In this document: positions 1-9,544 of the stretch, piece after piece | Position numbering within the stretch: position 1 is the stretch's first letter | Layout: the number at the start of each line of letters is the position of its first letter | DNA from: an uncultured Anaerovibrio sp. | GTDB lineage: Bacteria > Bacillota > Negativicutes > Selenomonadales > Selenomonadaceae | DNA: 32,859 nucleotides | Reading direction: 5' to 3' | Assembly (NCBI GenBank): GCA_902785445.1 | Contig: CACZYN010000001.1 | Location: 1 to 32,859, forward strand | Notes under the pieces: generated by a model | Told to the model about the DNA's origin: nothing | What the model saw: only the letters and a program-made list of their open reading frames with translations | Databases searched by the model: none | Made by a program: the position numbers and the translations under genes

Positions 1-2
1 AG

Positions 3-839
3 TTTGAGCAGGTCATAAATCAGCTGGAAAAGGAAAAAATGCTGTATGAGCAGATGAATGCTGATATCGAAGGTAAGCTGCATCGGGCAGAGGCCATGGA
101 GGCCCGGGCCGAGGCTATGCGTACCGAGTTATCCCAGAAAAAAGCGGAGATAATCCGCAAGGCCAAGGATGAAGGCTCAGCTATGGTGCGCCGGGCCCGC
201 CGGGAATCAGAGGATATCATTAAACAGCTGAAAGAACAGTTTAACGATATGGGAATCCAGAAGCGGCAGCAGACCATTCAGGATGCCCGTAACCGTTTGA
301 ATGAGGAAGCAGAACGTGTTAGACCGGGACTGGTGTCCACCAAAGCCTATCGCAAACCGGTGGACGTGAAAACAATTGCTCTTGGCGATATTATCTATGT
401 TTCCAAGCTGGATCAAAAGGGTACTGTTCTGGCGGTTAAGGGCAAGGAGTTGGAGGTACAGCTGGGCAGCATGAAGACCACCTTGAAGGCCAAGGACTGC
501 AAGTTCGTGGAGAAGGGTAAAAAGGCCAATCAAACCTCAACAGGTGGTTCCGTTAAAGCCCAGAGTGGCAACAGCTTTTTGAAAAAGACCCAGAGTGCCC
601 ATAGGGACATTGATATACGCGGCATGATGGTTAATGAGGCCGAGGTTTTATTAGGGAAATTTATTGATGATTCTCTGATGGCCGGACTGAACCAAGTATT
701 GGTTATTCATGGCAAGGGGACTGGTGCATTGCGTAAGGGTGTTCATGAATATTTAAAGCGTCATAAAAGCGTGGAAAACTTTAATTTTGCAGATATGAGT
801 GAAGGTGGCACAGGAGCCACAGTGGTTTTTCTTAAATAA
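3..839 (+). CDS. mutS2: MutS2 endonuclease, C-terminal part (coiled coil, KOW, Smr domain); 5' end lies outside the window
   Basis: Frame is open from base 3. C-terminal Smr signature DIDIRG...VLVIHGKGTGALRKGV...EGGTGATVV is preceded by a KOW-like segment. Confidence 0.93.
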   Translation, partial: FEQVINQLEKEKMLYEQMNADIEGKLHRAEAMEARAEAMRTELSQKKAEIIRKAKDEGSAMVRRARRESEDIIKQLKEQFNDMGIQKRQQTIQDARNRLNEEAERVRPGLVSTKAYRKPVDVKTIALGDIIYVSKLDQKGTVLAVKGKELEVQLGSMKTTLKAKDCKFVEKGKKANQTSTGGSVKAQSGNSFLKKTQSAHRDIDIRGMMVNEAEVLLGKFIDDSLMAGLNQVLVIHGKGTGALRKGVHEYLKRHKSVENFNFADMSEGGTGATVVFLK

Positions 840-901
840 ACCTGCGAAAAAAGAATATTTGTGATAGAATAGAAGCGTATATGTTTATTAGGAGGTCTAT
901 C

Positions 902-3007
902 ATGGAAAAACGTACCGGTGCGGCTCAGCGGACAAGGCAAACCCAAAAGCCACAGAAGCGAAGCAGTGCAAGTCGAATCCTGATAATTGTTCTTGCAATA
1001 CTGGCAGTAATGGTTATTGGTGTAGGTTGCGGATTCCTTACAGCTACATTAAATACAAAAGCGGATTTGGCAGATATTCGTCCGCCGGCTTCATCGCAGA
1101 TTTATGATATAAATGGCAATGAGATCGCTAATGTGCATGCTGATGAAAATCGCGTGCCAGTAAAAATGAATCAGATCCCGGAAAATCTGAAAAATGCCTT
1201 TGTGGCAGTGGAGGATGTTCGTTTTTATGAACATTCCGGTGTGGATTTCCGGGGAATTTTGCGTGCTATGTGGGCTAATATTAGTCGCCAGGGGGTAAGC
1301 GAAGGTGGTTCCACCATTACCCAGCAGCTGGCCAAGAATGCCTATCTGACGCAGGATCGTACCTTTAAGCGGAAGATTCAGGAAATGTTTTTGGCTATAC
1401 AGCTGGAACATCAATATACCAAGGAAGAAATTTTGGAGCTTTATCTGAACCAGATTTATTTTGGTCAGGGAGCTTATGGTGTTCAGGCAGCTGCCAAAAC
1501 CTATTTTGGCAAGAATGTAGAAGATTTGGATTTAAGTGAATGTGCTATGTTGGCGGGTATACCAAAGAGCCCAAATTATTATTCTCCACTGAATAATTTA
1601 CAGGCAGCTCAGACCCGTAAGGCAACTGTACTGGACCAGATGGCCAAGTATGGTTATATTAGTACGTCCACAGCTAATAAAACGAAAAATGAAGAGCTGC
1701 ATTTAGTAAAAACAGCTCCGAAAATTGGTGAAGCCTCTTATTTTGTGGATTATGTTATTCAGTCCATGATTGAAAAATATGGTTCGGATGCAGTTTATAA
1801 AGAAGGTTTGAAGATATATACCACCATTGATATGGATATGCAGCGGGCAGCCGAGGAGGCTATGAAAAACCTGCCGGATATGTACGATGCCAATGGTATT
1901 AAGCAGCCACAGGGCGCTTTGGTAGCTATTGACCCACATACAGGGCATATTAAGGCCATGGTGGGCGGCCGGGGAACTGACATGTTCAACCGGGCTGTTT
2001 TGGCCGAACGGCAGCCAGGCTCAGCCTTCAAACCATTTGTTTTTGCGGCAGCTCTGGAATCAGATTATACCCCGGCATCCATCATTGATGATAAGCCAAT
2101 AAATGTTAATGGCTGGGAACCACAGAATTATAGCCGTAACTTTAATGGCAAGGTTTCCCTCAGATATGTGGCTGAGCAATCCTTGAATGTGCCTACAGTA
2201 AGAGTGGCACAGGATATCGGGGTTGATAAGGTAATTTACTATGCCAAGGAAATGGGAATATCCACCTTTGTAACTGAAGGAACCCAAAATGACGGAAACT
2301 TGTCCACAGCCTTGGGCGGTTTAACCCGTGGTGTAACTCCATTGGAAATTACCAGTGCATATTGTACTTTTGCCAATAATGGTATTCATGTAAATCATAC
2401 GGCGATTGTTAAGGTTTTGGATCGGAATGGCAAGGTTCTGGAAGAATCTGTTCCGGATTCCAAGCAGGTACTGAAAAAGAGTACGGCTAATGAGCTTACC
2501 AGTATGCTGATGGGTGTAATGGTCCGGGGAACAGGTACTGGTGCCAATATTGGCCGTCCAGCAGCCGGTAAAACCGGTACTACCAGTGATTATCATGATG
2601 CCTGGTTTGTGGGCTATGTGCCGGATTTAGTGGTGAGTGTATGGGTTGGTTGCGATGATAACCAACAGATGGGAACAATGACCGGTGGTACTACTCCGGC
2701 AAGTATTTGGCGGGCCTTTATGACAAAGGTTGCTGCAACTATGCCAACTAAGTCATTTGATGGTGCTTATCTTACGGCCGTTGAAACACCTGTTAAGGAA
2801 GAAAGCGTAGATAAGGACGGCTATCTTGTTGATAAGGATGGCAAGCGTATCCTGGATAAGGATGGTAAGCCGATAAAGGGCAACAAGAAGAAAACTGATG
2901 CTAAGCCGACAACTGAAAAAGATACCAACAAGAAAAATAACGAAAAGCCAAATAATGCCCCTACAGCCCCTACACCGGTGGCACCAGGCGGTAAAAAAGC
3001 AAATTAA
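902..3007 (+). CDS. Class A penicillin-binding protein (PBP1A family; transglycosylase + transpeptidase)
   Basis: N-terminal TM helix. GT51 motifs EDVRFYEHSG, GGSTITQQLAKN, RKIQE. Transpeptidase SAFK, SLN, KTGT. GGAGG at 891-895 supports ATG 902. Confidence 0.95.
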   Translation: MEKRTGAAQRTRQTQKPQKRSSASRILIIVLAILAVMVIGVGCGFLTATLNTKADLADIRPPASSQIYDINGNEIANVHADENRVPVKMNQIPENLKNAFVAVEDVRFYEHSGVDFRGILRAMWANISRQGVSEGGSTITQQLAKNAYLTQDRTFKRKIQEMFLAIQLEHQYTKEEILELYLNQIYFGQGAYGVQAAAKTYFGKNVEDLDLSECAMLAGIPKSPNYYSPLNNLQAAQTRKATVLDQMAKYGYISTSTANKTKNEELHLVKTAPKIGEASYFVDYVIQSMIEKYGSDAVYKEGLKIYTTIDMDMQRAAEEAMKNLPDMYDANGIKQPQGALVAIDPHTGHIKAMVGGRGTDMFNRAVLAERQPGSAFKPFVFAAALESDYTPASIIDDKPINVNGWEPQNYSRNFNGKVSLRYVAEQSLNVPTVRVAQDIGVDKVIYYAKEMGISTFVTEGTQNDGNLSTALGGLTRGVTPLEITSAYCTFANNGIHVNHTAIVKVLDRNGKVLEESVPDSKQVLKKSTANELTSMLMGVMVRGTGTGANIGRPAAGKTGTTSDYHDAWFVGYVPDLVVSVWVGCDDNQQMGTMTGGTTPASIWRAFMTKVAATMPTKSFDGAYLTAVETPVKEESVDKDGYLVDKDGKRILDKDGKPIKGNKKKTDAKPTTEKDTNKKNNEKPNNAPTAPTPVAPGGKKAN

Positions 3008-3046
3008 AATAACCTGATGGCAGGTTTAAAGGAGAGAAGTATAGAA

Positions 3047-4264
3047 GTGGCAACCAATGTTTTTGATGTTCTCAAGGAGCGGGGTTATATTGCCCAGTGT
3101 ACCAATGAGGAGGAAGTTCGTTCTCTGCTGGAAAATGAGCAGGTAACCTTTTATATCGGTTTTGATCCTACGGCTGACAGCCTTCATGTAGGTCACTTTT
3201 TGGGCTTGATGGTCATGTCCCATTTACAGCGGGCTGGTCATAGACCAGTATGCCTGGTAGGTGGCGGTACTGGTACCGTGGGTGATCCGTCCGGACGTAC
3301 TGATATGCGTAAAATGCTTACTGATGAGGATATTGAATATAATTGCAACCAGTTTAAGAAGCAGATGGCCAGATTCATTGACTTTTCTGATGGTAAGGCC
3401 TTGATGGTTAATAACGGTGACTGGCTTCGCAAGTTGAACTACATCGAACTTTTGCGGGAGGTGGGTCCACATTTCACCGTAAATCGGATGTTGGCAGCTG
3501 AATGCTATAAGAACCGTATGGAAAAAGGCCTGACCTTTTTGGAATTCAACTACATGATAATGCAGTCCTATGACTTTTTGGAGTTGCATCGTCGTTATAA
3601 CCTGAAGCTGGAAATGGGTGGCGATGATCAGTGGTCCAACATTATCGGTGGTGTGGAATTGACTCGCCGTATTACCGGTGATGCCGTATATGGTTTGACC
3701 TTTACCTTGCTCACCAAGAGTGATGGCCAGAAGATGGGTAAAACTGCCGGCGGAGCTTTGTGGCTGGATAAGGACAAGACTTCCACCTATGATTTCTATC
3801 AGTATTGGCGTAATGTGGACGATGCTGATGTGGAAAAGTGTCTGTCCCTGCTCACATTCCTGCCAATGGATGAGGTGCGTCGCTTAGGTGCTTTGGAAGG
3901 TCAGGAAATTAATGAGGCCAAAAAGGTATTGGCTTATGAAGTAACTAAATTGGTACATGGCCAGGAGGAAGCTGATAAGGCTAAAGCCGCTGCTGAAGCT
4001 GTATTCGGTGGCTCCGGTTCCAATGAAAATATGCCAACTATCGAGCTGAAGTCTGATGGGGCTAAGTTGTTGGAGGTGTTGGTAGAGGCTGAGGTATTTG
4101 ACTCCAAGGGCGAAGGCCGTCGTCTGATTCAGCAGAATGGTCTTTCCTTGAACGACGAAAAGGTCAGTGATCCGGACTACATCCTCTCCGATAGTGATTT
4201 CACCAATGGCGAGGCTATAGTTAAGAAGGGCAAGAAGAAGTTCTACCGGCTTATAAAAGGTTGA
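3047..4264 (+). CDS. tyrS: Tyrosyl-tRNA synthetase
   Basis: [16 protein letters not shown] (HIGH-like), GGDDQW, KMGKT (KMSKS-like), C-terminal S4-like domain. GTG start at 3047 follows AAGGAG; ATG 3017 is the alternative. Confidence 0.96.
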   Translation: MATNVFDVLKERGYIAQCTNEEEVRSLLENEQVTFYIGFDPTADSLHVGHFLGLMVMSHLQRAGHRPVCLVGGGTGTVGDPSGRTDMRKMLTDEDIEYNCNQFKKQMARFIDFSDGKALMVNNGDWLRKLNYIELLREVGPHFTVNRMLAAECYKNRMEKGLTFLEFNYMIMQSYDFLELHRRYNLKLEMGGDDQWSNIIGGVELTRRITGDAVYGLTFTLLTKSDGQKMGKTAGGALWLDKDKTSTYDFYQYWRNVDDADVEKCLSLLTFLPMDEVRRLGALEGQEINEAKKVLAYEVTKLVHGQEEADKAKAAAEAVFGGSGSNENMPTIELKSDGAKLLEVLVEAEVFDSKGEGRRLIQQNGLSLNDEKVSDPDYILSDSDFTNGEAIVKKGKKKFYRLIKG

Positions 4265-4287
4265 TGGTGACCAGAGATATAATTAAT

Positions 4288-4377
4288 GCCTTCCCCCTTG
4301 GGGAAGCGCCACAAGGGCACTAGGAGCAAAGCTCCGTCGGTGGATTGCGTTACCCGGATGAGGTTCCCTATAGGGAA
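4288..4377. repeat. Cluster of short GC-rich palindromes, REP-like intergenic element
   Basis: CTTCCCC-CTT-GGGGAAG (4290-4306), GGAGC-AAA-GCTCC (4323-4335), CCGGATGAGG and TTCCCTATAGGGAA (4364-4377) lie within 90 bp between tyrS and yebC. Confidence 0.5.
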
Positions 4378-4419
4378 GTTAAAACTCACGATTTTAATAT
4401 AAAAGGAGATATGTAAGTA

Positions 4420-5154
4420 ATGTCAGGACATTCAAAATGGGCTAATATTAAGAGAAAAAAGGGAGCAAATGATGCTATTCGCGGTAAGATTACCACTAAA
4501 ATTGGTCGCGAAATAACCATAGCTGTTCGTATGGGCGGCTCTGACCCTACTGGTAATATGCGTCTTAAGTTGGCTCTTTCCAAGGCTAAGGCCAATAATA
4601 TTCCAAAGGATAACATCAATCGGGCTATCCAGAAGGGCTTGGGTGCTTCCGATGGCAGCAATTATGAGGAGATGACCTACGAGGGTTACGGTCCTGGTGG
4701 CACTGCTATCATGCTGGATATTCTCACCGATAACCGTAATCGTACGGCAGCAGATGTGCGTCACATATTTACCAAGTATGGCGGTTCTTTAGGGGCTACC
4801 GGTTGCGTATCCTGGATGTTTAACAAGAAGGCCGTTTTCGTTGTGGAAAAGGAAAGCTTTGATGATGAGGATGCCTTGATGGAACTGGTACTGGATGCCG
4901 GAGCTGATGACTTTGTGGCTGAGGATGAGGTCTTTGAAATCACCGCTGAACCAGATGCCTTTGATGATATTCTCCAGGCATTGAATGATAAGGGCATTGA
5001 TCCAGCCAGTGCGGAAATCACCATGGTTCCGGACAACACCGTAAAGGTTGAGGGTGAAAATGTTGCTTCCATGCAGAAGATGCTGGATGCCTTTGACGAA
5101 AATGACGATGTTCAGGAAGTATATGGCAATTACGAAATGGACGAGGTAGAATAA
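4420..5154 (+). CDS. yebC: YebC/PmpR family protein
   Basis: MSGHSKWANIKRKK N-terminus, YEGYGPGG, LTDNRNRT. AAAGGAG RBS. Canonical position before ruvC. Confidence 0.96.
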   Translation: MSGHSKWANIKRKKGANDAIRGKITTKIGREITIAVRMGGSDPTGNMRLKLALSKAKANNIPKDNINRAIQKGLGASDGSNYEEMTYEGYGPGGTAIMLDILTDNRNRTAADVRHIFTKYGGSLGATGCVSWMFNKKAVFVVEKESFDDEDALMELVLDAGADDFVAEDEVFEITAEPDAFDDILQALNDKGIDPASAEITMVPDNTVKVEGENVASMQKMLDAFDENDDVQEVYGNYEMDEVE

Positions 5155-5163
5155 TATTTAAAT

Positions 5164-5658
5164 ATGCTTGCATTAGGTATTGATCCGGGAACAGCTATTT
5201 GTGGCTATGGCTTTGTGGAATCCCAAGGCAGTCGGCTTATTGCCCATGAATATGGAGCGATTACTACCAGCTCCAAGGCCAAGCCAGAAGACAGATTACT
5301 GAAGCTGTACGATGAGCTGGATAATCTGATAAAAAAATATCAGCCGGATGTAATGGGCGTGGAGCAGCTGTTTTTTAACCGCAATGTTACCACGGCAATT
5401 CCCGTGGGGCAGGCCAGGGGCGTAGTACTGTTGGCGGCAGCCAAAAACGGTATAGAGCTGGTGGAGCGAACTCCTTTGCAGGTTAAACAGGCGGTTACCG
5501 GTTATGGTAAGGCAACCAAAGAGCAGGTCATTTATATGGTGACGAAGCTCCTTAATTTGCCGGAGCCACCTAAGCCTGATGATGTGGCTGATGCCTTGGC
5601 GGTGGCCATATGTACCTCCCATGTTTTGGATGGGTTTGTGTACAGAAATAAACTGTAA
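5164..5658 (+). CDS. ruvC: Holliday junction resolvase RuvC
   Basis: [44 protein letters not shown]. Confidence 0.97.
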   Translation: MLALGIDPGTAICGYGFVESQGSRLIAHEYGAITTSSKAKPEDRLLKLYDELDNLIKKYQPDVMGVEQLFFNRNVTTAIPVGQARGVVLLAAAKNGIELVERTPLQVKQAVTGYGKATKEQVIYMVTKLLNLPEPPKPDDVADALAVAICTSHVLDGFVYRNKL

Positions 5659-5681
5659 AGTAAATAATTGATGATTGGAAG

Positions 5682-5726
5682 TAGGCTTGGACTAATTACG
5701 AGAGTATTTGGTCAAGCCTATTTTTT
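5682..5726 (+). terminator. Intrinsic terminator after ruvC
   Basis: TAGGCTTG...CAAGCCTA stem followed by TTTTTT. Confidence 0.7.
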
Positions 5727-5852
5727 ATTAAGTAATTTGTTTGAATTTGTTAAAACTCTGTTTAGAATTTGTTTATATTTGGGCTGTATACTACAGACAT
5801 AGCCAATGAGGTTAATAAAAATGTAATTGAGTTACTAAAGGAGGAACATATT

Positions 5853-6608
5853 ATGGATAAGATGAATATTTTGAAAAAGGCCGGAATCGGTGTATTGGTA
5901 GCTGCTATCGCTGTTGGTGGATATTCCTGGTACAAACATGAGTCTATGATAAGAGATTTTCATCGGATGGCTGAAGCCAGAACCACTATGGTGGAGCATC
6001 AGGCTGAGAAATTAGATGTTACTATTATTGATAAGGCCCAAGTAAAATCCATTGCCGCTGATGCAATGGGGGTGGATGAAACCAGCATTACCTGGAACGA
6101 GATTTCCCTGACGGATGGGCCAATGGGTATGGGCTTTAACCCTATGGGACAGCCTGGTCATCATGGTCATCCGAATTTCCCAGGCCATCCTGGTATGAGA
6201 AGCGGTCATTTTGATGATAATGGTGGACATAGGGGCCCTGGAAATGGCCATTTTGGCCCTCGTCATAATGGAGAGCACAGAGCAAGTGCTGGCCCGAACG
6301 ACAATCCACCATTCTGGTGCCAGGACAATCATTTTCAGGGGGGACCAAATAATGGCTGTCCATTCCCACCAGCAAACGCAGTGCAGGGACAGGATAGACC
6401 AATGCCACCTATGAACGAGCCGGCTCCACCACCAGCTAATGTGGAAAATAAATCTGATAACGCCCAGCCAATGGACAAAACTCAGCTCAAGAAATTCCGC
6501 TTCCATCCAGTATATAATGTATTCTGTGAAGCCAATAATGTGCGCTATGCAGTGCGTGTAGATGCCATAACCGGTGAAGTATACGGCTGCCACGTGGGCA
6601 GAAGATAA
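5853..6608 (+). CDS. Membrane-anchored/exported PepSY-like protein with a long His/Gly/Pro-rich insert
   Basis: AAGGAGG RBS before ATG 5853. N-terminal hydrophobic helix. PepSY-like halves IIDKAQVKSIAADAMG...ISL and PVYNVFCE...YAVRVDAITGEVY. Confidence 0.7.
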   Translation: MDKMNILKKAGIGVLVAAIAVGGYSWYKHESMIRDFHRMAEARTTMVEHQAEKLDVTIIDKAQVKSIAADAMGVDETSITWNEISLTDGPMGMGFNPMGQPGHHGHPNFPGHPGMRSGHFDDNGGHRGPGNGHFGPRHNGEHRASAGPNDNPPFWCQDNHFQGGPNNGCPFPPANAVQGQDRPMPPMNEPAPPPANVENKSDNAQPMDKTQLKKFRFHPVYNVFCEANNVRYAVRVDAITGEVYGCHVGRR

Positions 6609-6627
6609 AACAAAATCTTATTTGAAT

Positions 6628-6664
6628 AAAACGCCTTGAAGATTTTCTCTTCAGGGCGTTTTTC
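6628..6664 (+). terminator. Intrinsic terminator after the PepSY-like gene
   Basis: AAAACGCCTTGAAGA...TCTTCAGGGCGTTTTT hairpin with U-tract. Confidence 0.8.
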
Positions 6665-6740
6665 TACTGGTAGTAATTGCGGTATTATTATATAATTTTA
6701 CATAATACCTATTAAATTTAAGACTTTGGAGAAAATATCC

Positions 6741-9410
6741 ATGAATATTCAAGATAAACAACGTTCTATGTTAAATGACAAACAGCGGGTGGTAGTGGAT
6801 GAGCTGGAGAAAAACATTCTGCTTATAGCCTCGGCAGGGACGGGGAAAACCAATACTTTGGCCTATCGTATAGCTAATATAATTCAGCAGGGAAAGGCCC
6901 AGCCAGAGGAGATTGCCTGTCTCACCTTTACCAATAAAGCCTGTAATGAAATGAAAAGCCGAATTGTTGAGGTGGTGGGAGAAGCCGGGCAAGGGGTTAC
7001 TGTGCTGACCTTCCATAGCTTTTGTTATGAAATTATTCGCTTGGAGGCCAAGAGTTCAGATATTGGTATTCCGGCTAATTCTCTCATTTTCGATGAGGAA
7101 GACTGCCTGGAAATGCTAAGAAATATTCCGGAGTTTACCCATATTACTGCTCCCAGTGGCTGGAGTACAGCCGTGCAGCGTTTGATTAATCTTTTCAAGG
7201 AATATCGGGGAGAATATGATTATTTCAGTGATGACGAGGTAAAGGATTATCAGCAGACAATTGAGCGTTTGGTAGCCGAAAAGGGTCAACGGGTAGCCGA
7301 TGCCAGTCGTATTGGCTATAAGGGGGCCTGCTCGGATTTGATAATGGAGTTTCAGAACCGGGGCGGAGAGCTTATTTCTTTATACGATAATACCTTGCGT
7401 CAGAATCATGCCCTGGATTTTTGTGATCTGATTAACACTGCTTTTTACATTTTAAAGGACAGAGAGCGGCAGCAACGGTGGCGTGACAGCTTCCAATTTT
7501 GGTGCATTGATGAGGTTCAGGATACCAGCCGGTTGGAGTATAGTGTATTGGAAATGCTCTTCGGGAAAAACAATGTAATAATGTGCGGGGATTTTTTTCA
7601 GACTATCTATGAATGGCGAGGCTCCCAGCCAGAGTTGATATTTGATAAATTCATGAAAAATTTCGATCCGGAGATTATCGTGTACAACCAAAATTATCGG
7701 TCTACCCAAATTTTGCTGAACAGCTCCTACGAATATCTCAAAAATCGTTTTCCACAGATGGTAAATAACTTTTTTGATGAGGATGCCCGGGCCATGACGG
7801 CCGAGGAAGGTGAGAAAATTCAATTTAAGGCCTTTAACAGCCCATACTTGGAGGCTCATTGGATTTATACTATGTTGCAGCGTCTACAGCCTCGGGATTT
7901 GTCCCGAGTATGTATTCTTACCAGATCGAACATTTACAATAAAAATATTTCCAAGTATTTGCAGAATATAATTGAGAAACGCAAGCAGACCTGCCGGGAT
8001 GAACAGGGTAATTTTACGGATTTTAATCTGGAATTTATGCTGGTGGACGAATTTAAGTTTTTCCGTCGTCAGGAAATCAAGGATGTTTTGGCAGTGTTTA
8101 ACATTATGATTAATAGCTGGGATGACACCAGTATATGCCGCATTGCCAAGGAATATGCCAAGGGAATTGGTGAGCGGACCATTGCCAGACTCCAATCTGA
8201 TGAAGCAGTGGCTTTGGGAATACGCCCCAGTGATATATTGCACCCGTCCACTATTAAATATGATGAACCCTTTGAGATGCTTCGTCGGGAGCTGGAAAAT
8301 GCTAATGTGGTGGTTTTCGATGTGGAGTCTACCGGCCTGGATACGGCCACTGATGAAATTATCCAAATCGCTGCAATTCGTCTGAATAATAAGGGAGAGG
8401 CCAAGGATAAGCTGAATTTGCTTCTTAAGGCCAGCAAATCTGTGGGGCAGTCAGTACATACCCATCATATTACAGATGAAAAATTGCAGTCAGAGGGGCT
8501 GGACCCTAAAGAGGCTTTGCAGAGATTTCTGGCCTTTGCCAAGGGCAGCGTAATCGTGGGACATAATGTTGGTTATGATTTATCCATTCTCACCAGTCAG
8601 TTATATCGCTTGGGTTTGCCGAATTGGGAGTATATTACCCATTATGATACCTTGGACATATTCCGGCGCTTTTATCCCCAGCTAAAAAATCATAAGCTGT
8701 CCACCATAGGTGAGTTTTGCCAGGTCACTCATGTTTCCACCCATGATGCCTTTGATGATATTTGCGCTACAGGAGAGTGCCTTATTTATGCTGTAAATAA
8801 TAACATTTCCGATGGCATTGACGAAAGACGCCGTTTCTTTGCCAAATATTCCAAGCATTTTGCTCCCTTTGGGGAGATGATTGGTAAGTTCCGTGAAGGT
8901 ATGAATACTAAACGTCCTCATGAATTAATGGTGGATATTCTTCGGGATACCAAAATTTTGGAGCGATATGAGCATGAAGATGCGGCTGGCAGTGGAAATG
9001 GCAGCAGTCGGGTGGCCAATCTTCGCTCACTGTATAGAATTATCCGGGAACGGGATGAGACAGCCAAATCGACTTATGATGGGATAAAGTCCCTGTTAAA
9101 TCTTACTTCTCTGTCTAATACAGAATTTGATATGATGCTTAATGATCATCCTAAGATACCGATTATTACAGTACATCAGGCCAAGGGTTTGGAATTTGAT
9201 CAGGTGTTTTTTGCTGGTTTGCAGGAGGGAACTTTCCCTAGCTACATTGCCTTAAAATCAGGTAATTTGGAAGAGGAAGCCAGACTGTTTTATGTGGGTA
9301 TTACTAGGGCCAAGCAGAATCTCTATCTGACTTCGGTGTTAAACCGGGAAAAGAATGCTATTCCTTGTCGCTTTATAAATTCTATACCGGAAGAAAATAT
9401 TGAAAAATAA
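6741..9410 (+). CDS. UvrD/PcrA-family SF1A helicase with an inserted DEDDh (DnaQ-like) 3'-5' exonuclease domain
   Basis: ASAGTGKT (Walker A), TFTNKA, DEVQDT, GDFFQTIYEWRG, NYRS, TVHQAKGLEF, EEARLFYVGITRAK. Exonuclease motifs FDVESTG, GHNVGYDL, HDAFDD. GGAG at 6728-6731. Confidence 0.9.
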   Translation: MNIQDKQRSMLNDKQRVVVDELEKNILLIASAGTGKTNTLAYRIANIIQQGKAQPEEIACLTFTNKACNEMKSRIVEVVGEAGQGVTVLTFHSFCYEIIRLEAKSSDIGIPANSLIFDEEDCLEMLRNIPEFTHITAPSGWSTAVQRLINLFKEYRGEYDYFSDDEVKDYQQTIERLVAEKGQRVADASRIGYKGACSDLIMEFQNRGGELISLYDNTLRQNHALDFCDLINTAFYILKDRERQQRWRDSFQFWCIDEVQDTSRLEYSVLEMLFGKNNVIMCGDFFQTIYEWRGSQPELIFDKFMKNFDPEIIVYNQNYRSTQILLNSSYEYLKNRFPQMVNNFFDEDARAMTAEEGEKIQFKAFNSPYLEAHWIYTMLQRLQPRDLSRVCILTRSNIYNKNISKYLQNIIEKRKQTCRDEQGNFTDFNLEFMLVDEFKFFRRQEIKDVLAVFNIMINSWDDTSICRIAKEYAKGIGERTIARLQSDEAVALGIRPSDILHPSTIKYDEPFEMLRRELENANVVVFDVESTGLDTATDEIIQIAAIRLNNKGEAKDKLNLLLKASKSVGQSVHTHHITDEKLQSEGLDPKEALQRFLAFAKGSVIVGHNVGYDLSILTSQLYRLGLPNWEYITHYDTLDIFRRFYPQLKNHKLSTIGEFCQVTHVSTHDAFDDICATGECLIYAVNNNISDGIDERRRFFAKYSKHFAPFGEMIGKFREGMNTKRPHELMVDILRDTKILERYEHEDAAGSGNGSSRVANLRSLYRIIRERDETAKSTYDGIKSLLNLTSLSNTEFDMMLNDHPKIPIITVHQAKGLEFDQVFFAGLQEGTFPSYIALKSGNLEEEARLFYVGITRAKQNLYLTSVLNREKNAIPCRFINSIPEENIEK

Positions 9411-9544
9411 TAAAGGAAAGATACGCCCTGTTGTTGAAATATATAAATAGAGTCAAGGGTTTTCCTATGATTTGGGTCTATTTTTTATTAGTTCGTTATG
9501 TTATAATAACAAGTAGTAATAAATAATGTAGGGGGTATGAGTTT

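Noticed and set aside
6012-6593. 193-aa antisense ORF and other shadow ORFs across the window
   Set aside because: They lie opposite or within well-supported genes, with no RBS or recognisable motifs.
6695-6722. dif-like site on the minus strand (CTTAAATTTAA-TAGGTA-TTATGTAAAAT)
   Set aside because: The XerD-like arm is good but the XerC arm is poor, the context is an AT-rich promoter, and gene orientation does not switch here as expected at a terminus.
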